Source: Vulcanimicrobiota bacterium
Lineage (GTDB): Bacteria; Vulcanimicrobiota; Vulcanimicrobiia; Vulcanimicrobiales; Vulcanimicrobiaceae
Assembly (NCBI GenBank): GCA_963833095.1
Contig: CAWHWQ010000001.1
Location: 704,001 to 768,000 of the forward strand
Direction of reading: 5' to 3'
DNA length: 64,000 nucleotides
Shown: in pieces, positions 49,541 through 58,196 of the stretch
Numbering within the stretch: position 1 is the first letter of the stretch
Layout of the letters: each line of letters begins with the position of its first letter
Notes under the pieces: generated by a model
Databases searched by the model: none
What the model saw: the letters and a program-made list of their open reading frames with translations, nothing else
What the model was told of the DNA's origin: nothing
Translations under genes and position numbers: made by a program

Positions 49541-50141
49541 TTTGGCCTGCCGGGTATGAATGCGGTTGTCACGACAAAGTACGCGGGCACGGGTGTATTG
49601 ATGACGGTAAATACCCTGTACTTGGTACCGTAATCCCCATATTGCAAGGGTAATCCTTGTAGGTTCCGACAGCCGGAATATTGTTAGCATTCCATTGAGC
49701 ATCAAAATCTTGCGCGACCGCAGCCTCGTACTGATTGGCCGTGCTGCCGGTTAAATAGCACGCCAAATGCGGATTCCAGAAGTGCTCCGTATGAATATTG
49801 AAAACATAGAGAAGGGCAGCAATTATGTTGTTTCCTGTCCACATCGGATAGGTCTGCGCAAATGCCCAGTTATCGTCCTCGCAGCCACTAGAAAAATAAA
49901 GATACCCAACCGCGCACGGGCCTTGCGTTCCATAATAAATGGGTGGGACCGACGATCCGCCCCCGCCGCTGCAGATCCAGCCGCCCCTTCCATTGCCTAC
50001 GCAAAGAGACTCGGGACGCACGCGCGGATCCTTAATTCCGGTTCTGTAATCATTGACAACGGGAGCAGTTCCCTGTCCGTTACACGACACCAAAACAACC
50101 ACAGACAAAAGGGAAATCAGGATTCGAGCTGCCGTCTTCAT
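49525..50141 (-). CDS. Cys/Gly-rich lipoprotein copy 1, putative polymorphic toxin (0-frame stop 49569; homologous tail in -1 frame to 49525)
   Basis: ATG 50141, lipobox LVSC, LCVGNGRGGWICSGGG, HFWNPHLACYLTGST; -1 frame ends KYRVFTVINTPVPAYFVVTTAFIPGRPNCPGY*. Confidence 0.65.
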
Positions 50142-50230
50142 CTCATCCACTCCGCAACGCCAAAAAAGAGGGGCGTCCACATGCAACAAGACTAGCATCC
50201 GCATTCCGGGCAAGCAATACAGCGCTATGA

Positions 50231-51847
50231 TCAATTCAGACGAAAGACAAACAAAGAATCGCCGACTGGCGTCCCGAGCTGTTGATTTCCTCCCGCTGCG
50301 ACAGCGATGTACTCACGGCCATGGGCCATGTAGACTACGGGCGGTGCATTTACACCCGCGCCTGTCTGGAATTGCCAAAGCCGCGCACCCGTCTTTGTAT
50401 CGAAAGCGTCAAAATGGCCGTCGCCCTCCCCCAAGAGAGTTAGGCCTCCCGCCGTAGAAACAGACCCGCCAACTATCCCGCTATCAAAGTCATCCTGCCA
50501 CACGATAGTCCCAGTTGAGACGTTAACCGCAGTCACAGCGCCATAGACGCGCTGCCACTCACGCTCCATTGCTTCAAGCGGGGTAGTCGCCGTCTTCTTT
50601 GACGCCGGAATCAAATGCTGCTCGGACAAAATCACGACGTACCCGAGGCGTGGATCAAAAGACAGCGCAGACCAGGTCGCCCGACCAGCCCATGCGCCCT
50701 TTCCCGCGGTCGAATCTAGTGACGACAGGCTGACCGAGCGCCGCAATAATTCTCCCGTGTCGCGGTTTAGGATGTAAAAGAAGCCAGTCTTCCCTGCCTC
50801 GCCCACAGCCCGCGTAGGGTTCCCCAGAGCATCATTCGTTTCGAAAAGCACGGGCGGAGATGCAACGTCGAGATCCTTTAGGTCATGCGGAGTCTGCTGG
50901 AAGTACCATTTCAACCTTCCCGTCGAAGCGTTAAGCGCAACGATGCAGTCGGTAAACAAATTGTCGCCGGGGCGCACCGTACCATCAAGATCGGGCCACG
51001 GATTTCCCGTCGTAAAATAGACGGTGTCTGTTCTTTGATCAATGGCTGGCGTTGTCCAAATGCCTCCTCCGCCACGCTTCCACGAGCCGGCGAACTCTCG
51101 TCTTAGGACGGAGGAGAGAGCACGACTATATTCGCCGGTGTCTGATCTGAGGCGCGGGTGCGCCCCGAACCAATGCTGAGGATCGGTCGCAAACCAACGC
51201 CACTGCAGTTTCCCATCGCGCAACGAATATGAACTCAACGACCCGCGAATTCCAAGGTCGCTGCCACCCAAACCGACGAGAACCGAACTTTTGTACACGA
51301 GTGGGGCCATCGTGATGCTGTAGCCGGCTGAATTATCGGCCATCCGAACACGCCATCTTATTGCGCCTGTCTTTCGATCGAGTGCGAGGAGCGAGCAATC
51401 TAGGCGGCCGACGACAACAAGATCCTGCGAAACCGCGACCCCTCGGTTTACCGGGCCGCAGCATTGACGGAATCGTCCCACGAGTGGCGACAACTTCCAC
51501 AGGAGGTGCCCGGATTCGGCGTCAAGCGCGAAGACGCCATCATATGCACTGGTCAGATATAAAACACCGTCGTATACAATCGGGCTGGATTCAAATGGAC
51601 CGAGGACGCCCGTTTGGAAAACGAAAGCTGGTACCAGTCGCCTAACATTCGCAGTGTTGATTTCTGCAAGCAGGGAGAAACGCTGATTCCCGTAGTCGTG
51701 GCCGTAGGTCGGCCACTCAGTGCTGGATGCTGTACTGAGCTCGTCGAAACGAAAAAAGGATTGTTCGCTGTTTAGCTTTGCCGCCGAACATGAAGGCTCC
51801 ATAACGATGATTGCCAGAAACGCAGTCAACAAAAAGCCGCGACGCAT
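50231..51847 (-). CDS. PQQ-binding beta-propeller protein, alcohol dehydrogenase-like
   Basis: Signal peptide, WPTYGHD..RFS.L.EI, CCGPVNRG, TGNPWPD, RPGDNLFT, WYFQQTPHD, LWQFQTG; start ATG 51847. Confidence 0.9.
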   Translation of the reverse strand: MRRGFLLTAFLAIIVMEPSCSAAKLNSEQSFFRFDELSTASSTEWPTYGHDYGNQRFSLLAEINTANVRRLVPAFVFQTGVLGPFESSPIVYDGVLYLTSAYDGVFALDAESGHLLWKLSPLVGRFRQCCGPVNRGVAVSQDLVVVGRLDCSLLALDRKTGAIRWRVRMADNSAGYSITMAPLVYKSSVLVGLGGSDLGIRGSLSSYSLRDGKLQWRWFATDPQHWFGAHPRLRSDTGEYSRALSSVLRREFAGSWKRGGGGIWTTPAIDQRTDTVYFTTGNPWPDLDGTVRPGDNLFTDCIVALNASTGRLKWYFQQTPHDLKDLDVASPPVLFETNDALGNPTRAVGEAGKTGFFYILNRDTGELLRRSVSLSSLDSTAGKGAWAGRATWSALSFDPRLGYVVILSEQHLIPASKKTATTPLEAMEREWQRVYGAVTAVNVSTGTIVWQDDFDSGIVGGSVSTAGGLTLLGEGDGHFDAFDTKTGARLWQFQTGAGVNAPPVVYMAHGREYIAVAAGGNQQLGTPVGDSLFVFRLN

Positions 51848-51928
51848 GCTCAGTACCCGTCCGCTCAAAAGCAACTCCCTAACGCGTCCAATACGCCCAC
51901 GAGCCCTTTGGCGCCTAGGTAGAAGCCC

Positions 51929-52771
51929 CTAGCGAAACACCGCGGGTTCACTGTACGAGTCGTAGTCGTCGTAGCGTACGCCGGCGAGATACAGCCCGTG
52001 CGCCGGCGCGGTCAATCCAGCGGCGCGACGATCGAGCGCCGCGAGAATGTGCGGCAGCGACGCCGGGTCGCGACGGCCAAGACCGCATTCGACCAGTGTG
52101 CCGACAATCGTGCGCACCATGCGGTGCACGAAACCGTCGGCGCTGATCGCCACGCGCACGAGGTCGTCGTGCGCGTCGATCGCGAGCGTTCGCACCTCGC
52201 GCACGGTCACGCCGCTTTCCGGTAAGACACCGCAGAACGATCGGAAATCGTGCTCGCCGATCAGATGCGAGGCTGCCGACCGCATCGCGTCGAGATCGAG
52301 CGGTCGCCGATACACGTGAAAGGCACGGCGCGCTAGGAGTGCGCTGCGATCGGGGCGGTTGAGAATAGCGTACACGTAGCTTCGCTCGCGTGCAGAGAAA
52401 CGCGCCGAGAATCCATTTGGCACGACGGCGACGTCGCGCACGCTGATGTCGTGCGGGAGCCTGCTATTGAGCGCGATAGCCAGCCGCTCAAATGGAAACG
52501 AGCGGGAGGTGATGCATGAAATCACCTGCCCGCTCGCGTGAACCCCGGTATCGGTGCGGCCCGCACCGGTGATTTTTACCGGCTCTTCGAAGAGTTCGCT
52601 CAGTGCCCGTTCGATTTCGCCGGCCACCGTGCGTCCCGATGCCTGCATCTGGAAACCAAAGAACGCCGTGCCGTCATATTCGACGGCACAGCGAATGGTT
52701 TGCGCTACGCGTTCACCGTCTGGCGCTTCGGTACGTTGCGCTTCTCGTCCAGATCCAACACGTCGGCCCAC
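51929..52771 (-). CDS. truA: tRNA pseudouridine(38-40) synthase
   Basis: EYDGTAFFGFQ, AGRTDTGVHA, FSARFSA, HRMVR, APAHGLYL; start uncertain. Confidence 0.95.
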   Translation of the reverse strand: MGRRVGSGREAQRTEAPDGERVAQTIRCAVEYDGTAFFGFQMQASGRTVAGEIERALSELFEEPVKITGAGRTDTGVHASGQVISCITSRSFPFERLAIALNSRLPHDISVRDVAVVPNGFSARFSARERSYVYAILNRPDRSALLARRAFHVYRRPLDLDAMRSAASHLIGEHDFRSFCGVLPESGVTVREVRTLAIDAHDDLVRVAISADGFVHRMVRTIVGTLVECGLGRRDPASLPHILAALDRRAAGLTAPAHGLYLAGVRYDDYDSYSEPAVFR

Positions 52772-53148
52772 GTCGTTACGTCGGTGCGGTCCGGCGCGAC
52801 CTGACTGCGCAGCTCCAGAAAATACTTCCGCGAATCGTCATTGTCCGGTTCGTGTGCCAGCCATTCTTTATTCCAGGCCTCGATCTCTTGCGGCGATTTC
52901 TTGTCGATGAACGTTTTGACGTATGCCTGGATCTCGGCATCGCTCTTAGCGTTCTTGATCACGTTAAGCAACGCTTCGTGATCGATCCCGAGGAACGAAA
53001 AAACGGCTTGATCCATCGGGCAGTTATAGTGATACTCGCCGTTTTTGCCTTCGGCAAATGCCTTCCCCTTGTCAATGGTGCGACCGATCTGCACCAGTCC
53101 GAACAGCTTCTCGTGGACGCTGCGGGGATATGAAGTCGTTAGATCCAT
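52705..53148 (-). CDS. DUF5069-like protein
   Basis: DLTTSYPRS..GLVQIGRTIDK..GEYHYNCPMD..LDLDE; ATG 53148 after GGAG. Confidence 0.8.
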   Translation of the reverse strand: MDLTTSYPRSVHEKLFGLVQIGRTIDKGKAFAEGKNGEYHYNCPMDQAVFSFLGIDHEALLNVIKNAKSDAEIQAYVKTFIDKKSPQEIEAWNKEWLAHEPDNDDSRKYFLELRSQVAPDRTDVTTWADVLDLDEKRNVPKRQTVNA

Positions 53149-53172
53149 GGAGGATTCTCCTAAAGGTTTCGA

Positions 53173-53526
53173 TTGATAACGATACCCGTGACACCCTCGA
53201 ACGCACGCCGGTTTCGTCTGGGCGTTTTCGCGATATGCTGGCTGGTTGCCGCTGCCTTGCAAGTCTATGCGTCCGACGTCGGGACGCATGGAGAGGCCGT
53301 GGGGGCGTACGTGCCGGCCTGGTTGCTTGCATTCGCGGCGATCCCGGCTTGGACGCTCCTGGTGCCGGCGGTAGTCGACGGGGTCGCTGCGCTGTCGGCT
53401 CCGCGCTTTTCCGGCGGCGCCATGCGCGCGTTGACCATCCTGAACGCGACTGCCCTGGTTACCTACGCCTTCGTGAGCCTCGCGGTCATCTTTTACGTCG
53501 CCTTCGCCAACAACGGGATTAGCTAG
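53173..53526 (+). CDS. Hypothetical membrane protein
   Basis: Three hydrophobic segments; fills the gap between genes; start uncertain. Confidence 0.5.
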   Translation: MITIPVTPSNARRFRLGVFAICWLVAAALQVYASDVGTHGEAVGAYVPAWLLAFAAIPAWTLLVPAVVDGVAALSAPRFSGGAMRALTILNATALVTYAFVSLAVIFYVAFANNGIS

Positions 53527-53684
53527 ACCGAGTTCTCGCATTCGGCGTGGCGGCACGAGCAGTGATCGTGCGGCGGGGCATCCGGATCCGCCGCGGCTTG
53601 CTCGCGACAGCGATCGCTGCAGTAGAACGCTCCAAGATCCACGTAGCAGGTGCACTGCGTGTGATCGCATTTCTGTCCGTCCAT
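53523..53684 (-). CDS. Metallothionein-like Cys/His-rich peptide (53 aa)
   Basis: CDHTQCTC..YCSDRC..HDHCSCRHAEC; ATG 53684 after AGGAGG. Confidence 0.75.
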   Translation of the reverse strand: MDGQKCDHTQCTCYVDLGAFYCSDRCREQAAADPDAPPHDHCSCRHAECENSV

Positions 53685-53695
53685 AGCTAGCCTCC

Positions 53696-55198
53696 TTAAC
53701 CGTGCTGGCGTTGCAGCGGGAAGAGTAGCACGTCGCGGATCGAGGTGTTGTTGGTCAACAGCATGATAAGGCGATCCATGCCGACGCCGATACCGGCGGT
53801 GGGCGGCATGCCGTACTCGAGCGCGCGGACGAAATCCCAATCCGGCTGGGGCACCTCTTCATCGCCTTGCGCGCGTTCGCGCACCTGCGCCTCGAAGCGG
53901 GAGCGCTGATCGTCGGGATCGTTGAGCTCGGTGAACGCATTGGAGATCTCCATGCGGTTGCAAAAGAGCTCGTAGCGATCGACCAGGTCAGCGTCCCCGG
54001 CTTTACGTTTGGCCAGCGGCGAGATCAGCACCGGGTAGTCGGTCACGAAGGTCGGCTGGACGAGATGTGGCTCGAGCACGCGTTCGAAGATTTTGTCGAG
54101 CGCGTGGCCGTGTGTCGGCGAGGGCGGCAGCTCCAGCTCAGAAAGGATCTGCGCCGCGCCTTTGGGATCGAGCAACCTCTCTCGCGTGAACTTCCCGTGC
54201 GAATAGATCGAGATGCCTTCGAGATAGCCGACCTTTTCAAACGGACGCGCAAACGAGATCAGTTGCTCGCCAAGCTGCAGATCCTCGCGGCCGCCGGTCA
54301 CCACCGAAACGAGATGCGCGATCAGCGCCTCGTTGAACTCCATCATGTCGTGCACGTCCCAGTACGCTGCGTAGAGCTCGAGCATCGTGAACTCGGGATT
54401 GTGGCTCGTGTCGATGCCTTCGTTGCGAAAGATGCGCCCGATCTCGTAGACGCGTTCCATCCCCCCGACAATCAGCCGTTTGAGATTGAGCTCGGTCGCG
54501 ATGCGCAACTGCATTTCTTCGCCCGAGAGCGCGTTGACGTGGGTGATAAACGGACGCGCCGATGCACCGCCCGCCACGTGCAGCAACGTCGGAGTTTCGA
54601 CCTCGTAGAAGCCACGGTCATCGATGAAACGCCGCGTTTCGGCAACGATGCGGCTGCGCATGATCATCGCGTCGCGCACGTCGGGATTCACAATCAGATC
54701 GACGTAGCGCTGACGGTAGCGCTTCTCGACGTCTTGCAGGCCGTGCCACTTATCCGGGAGCGGCATCAGCGATTTGCTCAAAAGTTCGAACGACCGGACG
54801 TGCAACGTGAGCTCGCCCTTCTTCGAGCGAAACATGAACCCGCGCACGCCGACGATGTCGCCGCGCTCGATGTCGTTCCACTCTGCGAAGCGATCGTCAC
54901 CCAGTTCGTCTTTACGCAGGTAGATTTGCAGTCGCCCGGTGCGATCGTGCAGATCCGCGAAAAGCGTTTTGCCGGCGGTGCGGATCGACATGACGCGGCC
55001 GGCGACGTTCCAGCCCTCGGCTTCGGCGTGCTGGCCCGCTTCGAGAAAGCCGTAGCGTTCGCTCAGTTCGCTCGCGGTCGCTTCGATTTCAAAGCGCACC
55101 GGCGCGAACGGATCGTGGCCGCGCGAACGCAGAGCGGCCAGATGGTCGCGTCTGGCCGCTATGAGTGCTGCTTCGGTTTTCCCGAGTTGCTCTTCCAA
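53696..55198 (-). CDS. lysS: Lysine--tRNA ligase (class II)
   Basis: PLPDKWHGL, YRQRYVDL, FRNEGID..HNPEFT, YGMPPTAG. Confidence 0.98.
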   Translation of the reverse strand: MEEQLGKTEAALIAARRDHLAALRSRGHDPFAPVRFEIEATASELSERYGFLEAGQHAEAEGWNVAGRVMSIRTAGKTLFADLHDRTGRLQIYLRKDELGDDRFAEWNDIERGDIVGVRGFMFRSKKGELTLHVRSFELLSKSLMPLPDKWHGLQDVEKRYRQRYVDLIVNPDVRDAMIMRSRIVAETRRFIDDRGFYEVETPTLLHVAGGASARPFITHVNALSGEEMQLRIATELNLKRLIVGGMERVYEIGRIFRNEGIDTSHNPEFTMLELYAAYWDVHDMMEFNEALIAHLVSVVTGGREDLQLGEQLISFARPFEKVGYLEGISIYSHGKFTRERLLDPKGAAQILSELELPPSPTHGHALDKIFERVLEPHLVQPTFVTDYPVLISPLAKRKAGDADLVDRYELFCNRMEISNAFTELNDPDDQRSRFEAQVRERAQGDEEVPQPDWDFVRALEYGMPPTAGIGVGMDRLIMLLTNNTSIRDVLLFPLQRQHG

Positions 55199-55239
55199 AA
55201 GGCGCTCCGCTCTAAGCTATAAACGCTTCTGGCGATCCC

Positions 55240-55767
55240 CTATGAGGCTTTCTTTGCGGCCTTCTTTGCCGAGGAAGCCGCGCTGCCGTTGCCATTACGA
55301 ATCCCGTCGATCTTGTACTTGACCACGCCGCGCGGGGTGGAGACATCGACCGTCTCGCCCTTCTTGTGGCCGATCAAGGCACGACCCAGGGGCGACTCGT
55401 TGGAGATGCGCTTGGCCGACGGATCGGCTTCAGCCGAGCCCACGATATGAAATTCGTAGCTCTCGTTGTTCTTGAGGTCTTTGACGTTGACCGTCGCGCC
55501 GATGTGGACTTCATCGCTGGCATATTCCGATTCGTCGAGGATCTTCGCGTTGCGAATCATGCCTTCGAGCTTCAAAATACGACCCTCGATGAACGCCTGC
55601 TCTTGCTTAGCGTCCTCGTATTCGGCATTTTCACTCAGGTCGCCGTATTCTTTGGCCTGGCGAATCCGGTCGTTGACCTCTTTGCGATGGACGGTCTTTA
55701 GCTCGTCCAACTCTTCCTGGAGCTTCTGCAGCCCCTCGGCGGTCAGGATGATCTCTTTATCGTTCAA
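55240..55767 (-). CDS. greA: Transcription elongation factor GreA
   Basis: LTAEG..GDLSENAEY..ISNESPLGRAL; TTG 55767. Confidence 0.96.
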   Translation of the reverse strand: MNDKEIILTAEGLQKLQEELDELKTVHRKEVNDRIRQAKEYGDLSENAEYEDAKQEQAFIEGRILKLEGMIRNAKILDESEYASDEVHIGATVNVKDLKNNESYEFHIVGSAEADPSAKRISNESPLGRALIGHKKGETVDVSTPRGVVKYKIDGIRNGNGSAASSAKKAAKKAS

Positions 55768-55871
55768 GGATGGACCCAGCGACCTCGTAATAACATAATT
55801 TTGGCGCCCGGTGAGGACGCTGGCGCGGTTTGTTTGGGGCGCCCGAAGCGTTCCCCTTCCTGACGGTGGCT

Positions 55872-58106
55872 CTACCCGCGTCGTGCCCGCCCGCGCCAGA
55901 GCGCAAATGGTATACCCAACAGGACTCCCGCGCAAGCGTATCCCGAAAGTTTGTGATCCTCCACCGCCACGGTGGCAACCAGGACGCCCAGAAGCGCGAG
56001 CGCCCCGGCAAGCGGCACGAGCACGCCTCCCAACCGCGCAACCGGCTCACCCCAGAAACGCTTGGCTGCCGCAAGAGCCGTGAGCACGAACAGTAGGCCC
56101 AGAAAAATGGAGCTTGCGTTCAGGACGAGCGTCAATTGATCGGCGGCGCTCTTGGAAAAACCCGTGACGAGCTCGCAGAGCGTCGCCAGCACGGTTACCA
56201 CGCCCATCGACCAGAGCGGCTCGTCGCGCGCGTCCAAGGCCCCGAGAACTCGCGGCAAGACGCCGTCGCGCCCCATCGCGTACACCGAGCGCGTAAGATA
56301 TAAGATTGTCGTCCAAAGCGTCGAGAGCGTGGAAAGCAGCACGGTCACGACGATCGCGACGCGCCACCACGGTCCGCCGAGCAGTGAGCCCACGTAGGCC
56401 AACCCGTCGGCTTGATTATCGGCGAAGCCTTGCAGCGAGCCCAGATGCTCGAACGCGTACATGCACGCAAGCAACACGAGGGTCGAAAACACGAGACCAG
56501 TGATGCCGCCCCGGCCCGAAGCGCTCGAGGTGTCGTTAACCTCTTCGCTGGTCGAGGCGCTTACTTCCCAACCGTCGCTCATCCAAACCGCAAGTGTCAT
56601 CGCGGTCACAAATCCGACGACACCGAACGATGCGGGCAAAAGCGTACTATGCGGCGCTTCGTGCACCGGCGCCGGCGCGTGCAATGCGGCGGCAAGCGCC
56701 GCGACGAGCAGGACGCCGATTTCAAGTGCGAGCGCGAGCAGCGTCACGAGCGCGGTCGGACGTACGCCCGCGTAGAGTAAGGCCGAGCTTGCGAGAATCC
56801 AAACGGCGCCGACAACCGCCGCCCAAACGGGATCTTGTTCGTGAGCCGGCGCGACCAGCGCGAGCGTATAGATTCCGGCCGGCACCGCGATCGCCATCGT
56901 CGCGAAGAAGTTCGAGAGGAGGAGCAGCCACGCGCCATAGGCGCCGGTATGCGCACCGAAGGCCATGCGAATCCAGGAATACGATGAGCCGGCGTTCGGC
57001 GCGACGCGCGACAGATACGAAAACGACACGGCGATGCAGAGCATGATCGCTGAGAGCGCGAGTAACGCTAGCGGCGCGGCGAATCCGGCCGCAACGACCA
57101 TCGGCCCCATGGTGGAAGCAAGCGAATATGCCGGGCCCATCGATGCCGACGCCAGCACCGAGATATCGAAGAAACGCAAAACGCGCGGGAGGCGGCGCGT
57201 CAATGTCAGGACGATCACACGCGGATCGAGATGCAATTCGTGAAGCACGCGCTCGTAGTCAGAAGCACGGACGTCGTCCCATTTTTTACCAAGCAGCGCT
57301 AAAAGCGCGGCCTCGACCACGTTCGTTCCGAACGAGCGACCATCGAAGTCGGGCGTCGTGGTAATGAGCAGCGCCACCCCACGCACGCGCAGCTCCTCGA
57401 TGTTGGCTGCCGTCACCGTATTGGTCAACACGATCTTGCCGTCGAGCCGCTCCGGCATGAACTGTCGCATGAAGTGGAAGTCGCCCGCGATGATGTCGGC
57501 CTCGTCGTAATACTGTGGATATTTTGGCTCGGGCGGTTTTTCTTGTTTCTTGCCGGTCGGGTAGAAAAATTGAAACGGCAACTTGCAGGCGTCGGGCAGA
57601 TATTTCTCAGCCATCTCTTCGAAGGTGCGCAGATCGCGCACGGCGATATCTTTGTCGAGCGCAAAGATAAAATCACCGAAGAGGACGTCAGCGCCGGCGT
57701 CGACCAACGCCTGCGCCATGCCGAAGCGGTCGAGCGCGCTGACCATGAGCACGCGCTTGCCGCGCAGCTCGATGCCCAGGTCGTTCTGCATGTACTGCAC
57801 GGCGTTGCGCTCGAGCGTATTCTTCAGGCCGCTGCCGTCGACGACCGGTGTCACCTTCGCTGCCTGCAGCAGCCGCAAGCCGTCGCGCAGCGCATAGCGC
57901 TTTGACCCGGCGTAAAGGTACACGTCGATGCCGCCCAGCCCAATCGCGTCGACCGTGCCGTCGAGCTCGCGCACGCGAGCTATCGCTTTATCAAGCTTGC
58001 CGTCGACGCCCTCACGCGAGATATCAAAATCTTCGCCGAGAAGATTCACGACCGCACGATGGTCGCGCGTCGAGGAGCCAAGTGAAACCGAAACGATCTT
58101 CTTCAC
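55872..58106 (-). CDS. Fusion of a conserved ~300-aa soluble protein (family often labelled quinate 5-dehydrogenase) and an APC amino acid/amine permease
   Basis: N-part VSVSLGSS.RDH, AIGLGGID, VVDGSGLKNTLE, GRSFGTNV; C-part multi-TM with MGPAYS, PNAGSSY, DGWE..SEE, YAMGRDGVLP; junction about 57203. Confidence 0.8.
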   Translation of the reverse strand: MKKIVSVSLGSSTRDHRAVVNLLGEDFDISREGVDGKLDKAIARVRELDGTVDAIGLGGIDVYLYAGSKRYALRDGLRLLQAAKVTPVVDGSGLKNTLERNAVQYMQNDLGIELRGKRVLMVSALDRFGMAQALVDAGADVLFGDFIFALDKDIAVRDLRTFEEMAEKYLPDACKLPFQFFYPTGKKQEKPPEPKYPQYYDEADIIAGDFHFMRQFMPERLDGKIVLTNTVTAANIEELRVRGVALLITTTPDFDGRSFGTNVVEAALLALLGKKWDDVRASDYERVLHELHLDPRVIVLTLTRRLPRVLRFFDISVLASASMGPAYSLASTMGPMVVAAGFAAPLALLALSAIMLCIAVSFSYLSRVAPNAGSSYSWIRMAFGAHTGAYGAWLLLLSNFFATMAIAVPAGIYTLALVAPAHEQDPVWAAVVGAVWILASSALLYAGVRPTALVTLLALALEIGVLLVAALAAALHAPAPVHEAPHSTLLPASFGVVGFVTAMTLAVWMSDGWEVSASTSEEVNDTSSASGRGGITGLVFSTLVLLACMYAFEHLGSLQGFADNQADGLAYVGSLLGGPWWRVAIVVTVLLSTLSTLWTTILYLTRSVYAMGRDGVLPRVLGALDARDEPLWSMGVVTVLATLCELVTGFSKSAADQLTLVLNASSIFLGLLFVLTALAAAKRFWGEPVARLGGVLVPLAGALALLGVLVATVAVEDHKLSGYACAGVLLGIPFALWRGRARRG

Positions 58107-58196
58107 TTCAACGGCGCTCCGCCCTAGGCTCCGCGCCCCCCACTTCGTGGGGCCCCCACTGTAGGACGCGCCCGAACGACATTGCGTCGTAAGCCA

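Noticed and set aside
49541..49705. N-terminal extension of the 49184-49705 ORF
   Set aside because: Overlaps lipoprotein 1 in another frame and is absent from the paralogs at 47729 and 48066
48498..50141. Cys/Gly-rich lipoproteins as RiPP precursors modified by the PQQ enzyme
   Set aside because: They have lipoboxes and folded-domain-sized bodies, and there is no RiPP maturase, peptidase or transporter nearby; toxin/immunity fits better, though RiPP is not formally excluded
53867..55222. 451-aa plus-strand ORF
   Set aside because: Antisense shadow of lysS, typical of high-GC codon bias
58135..58154. CCCCAC-TTC-GTGGGG hairpin in a 90-nt intergenic gap
   Set aside because: Single copy seen, no U-tract; cannot be called a REP, terminator or ncRNA from this window alone
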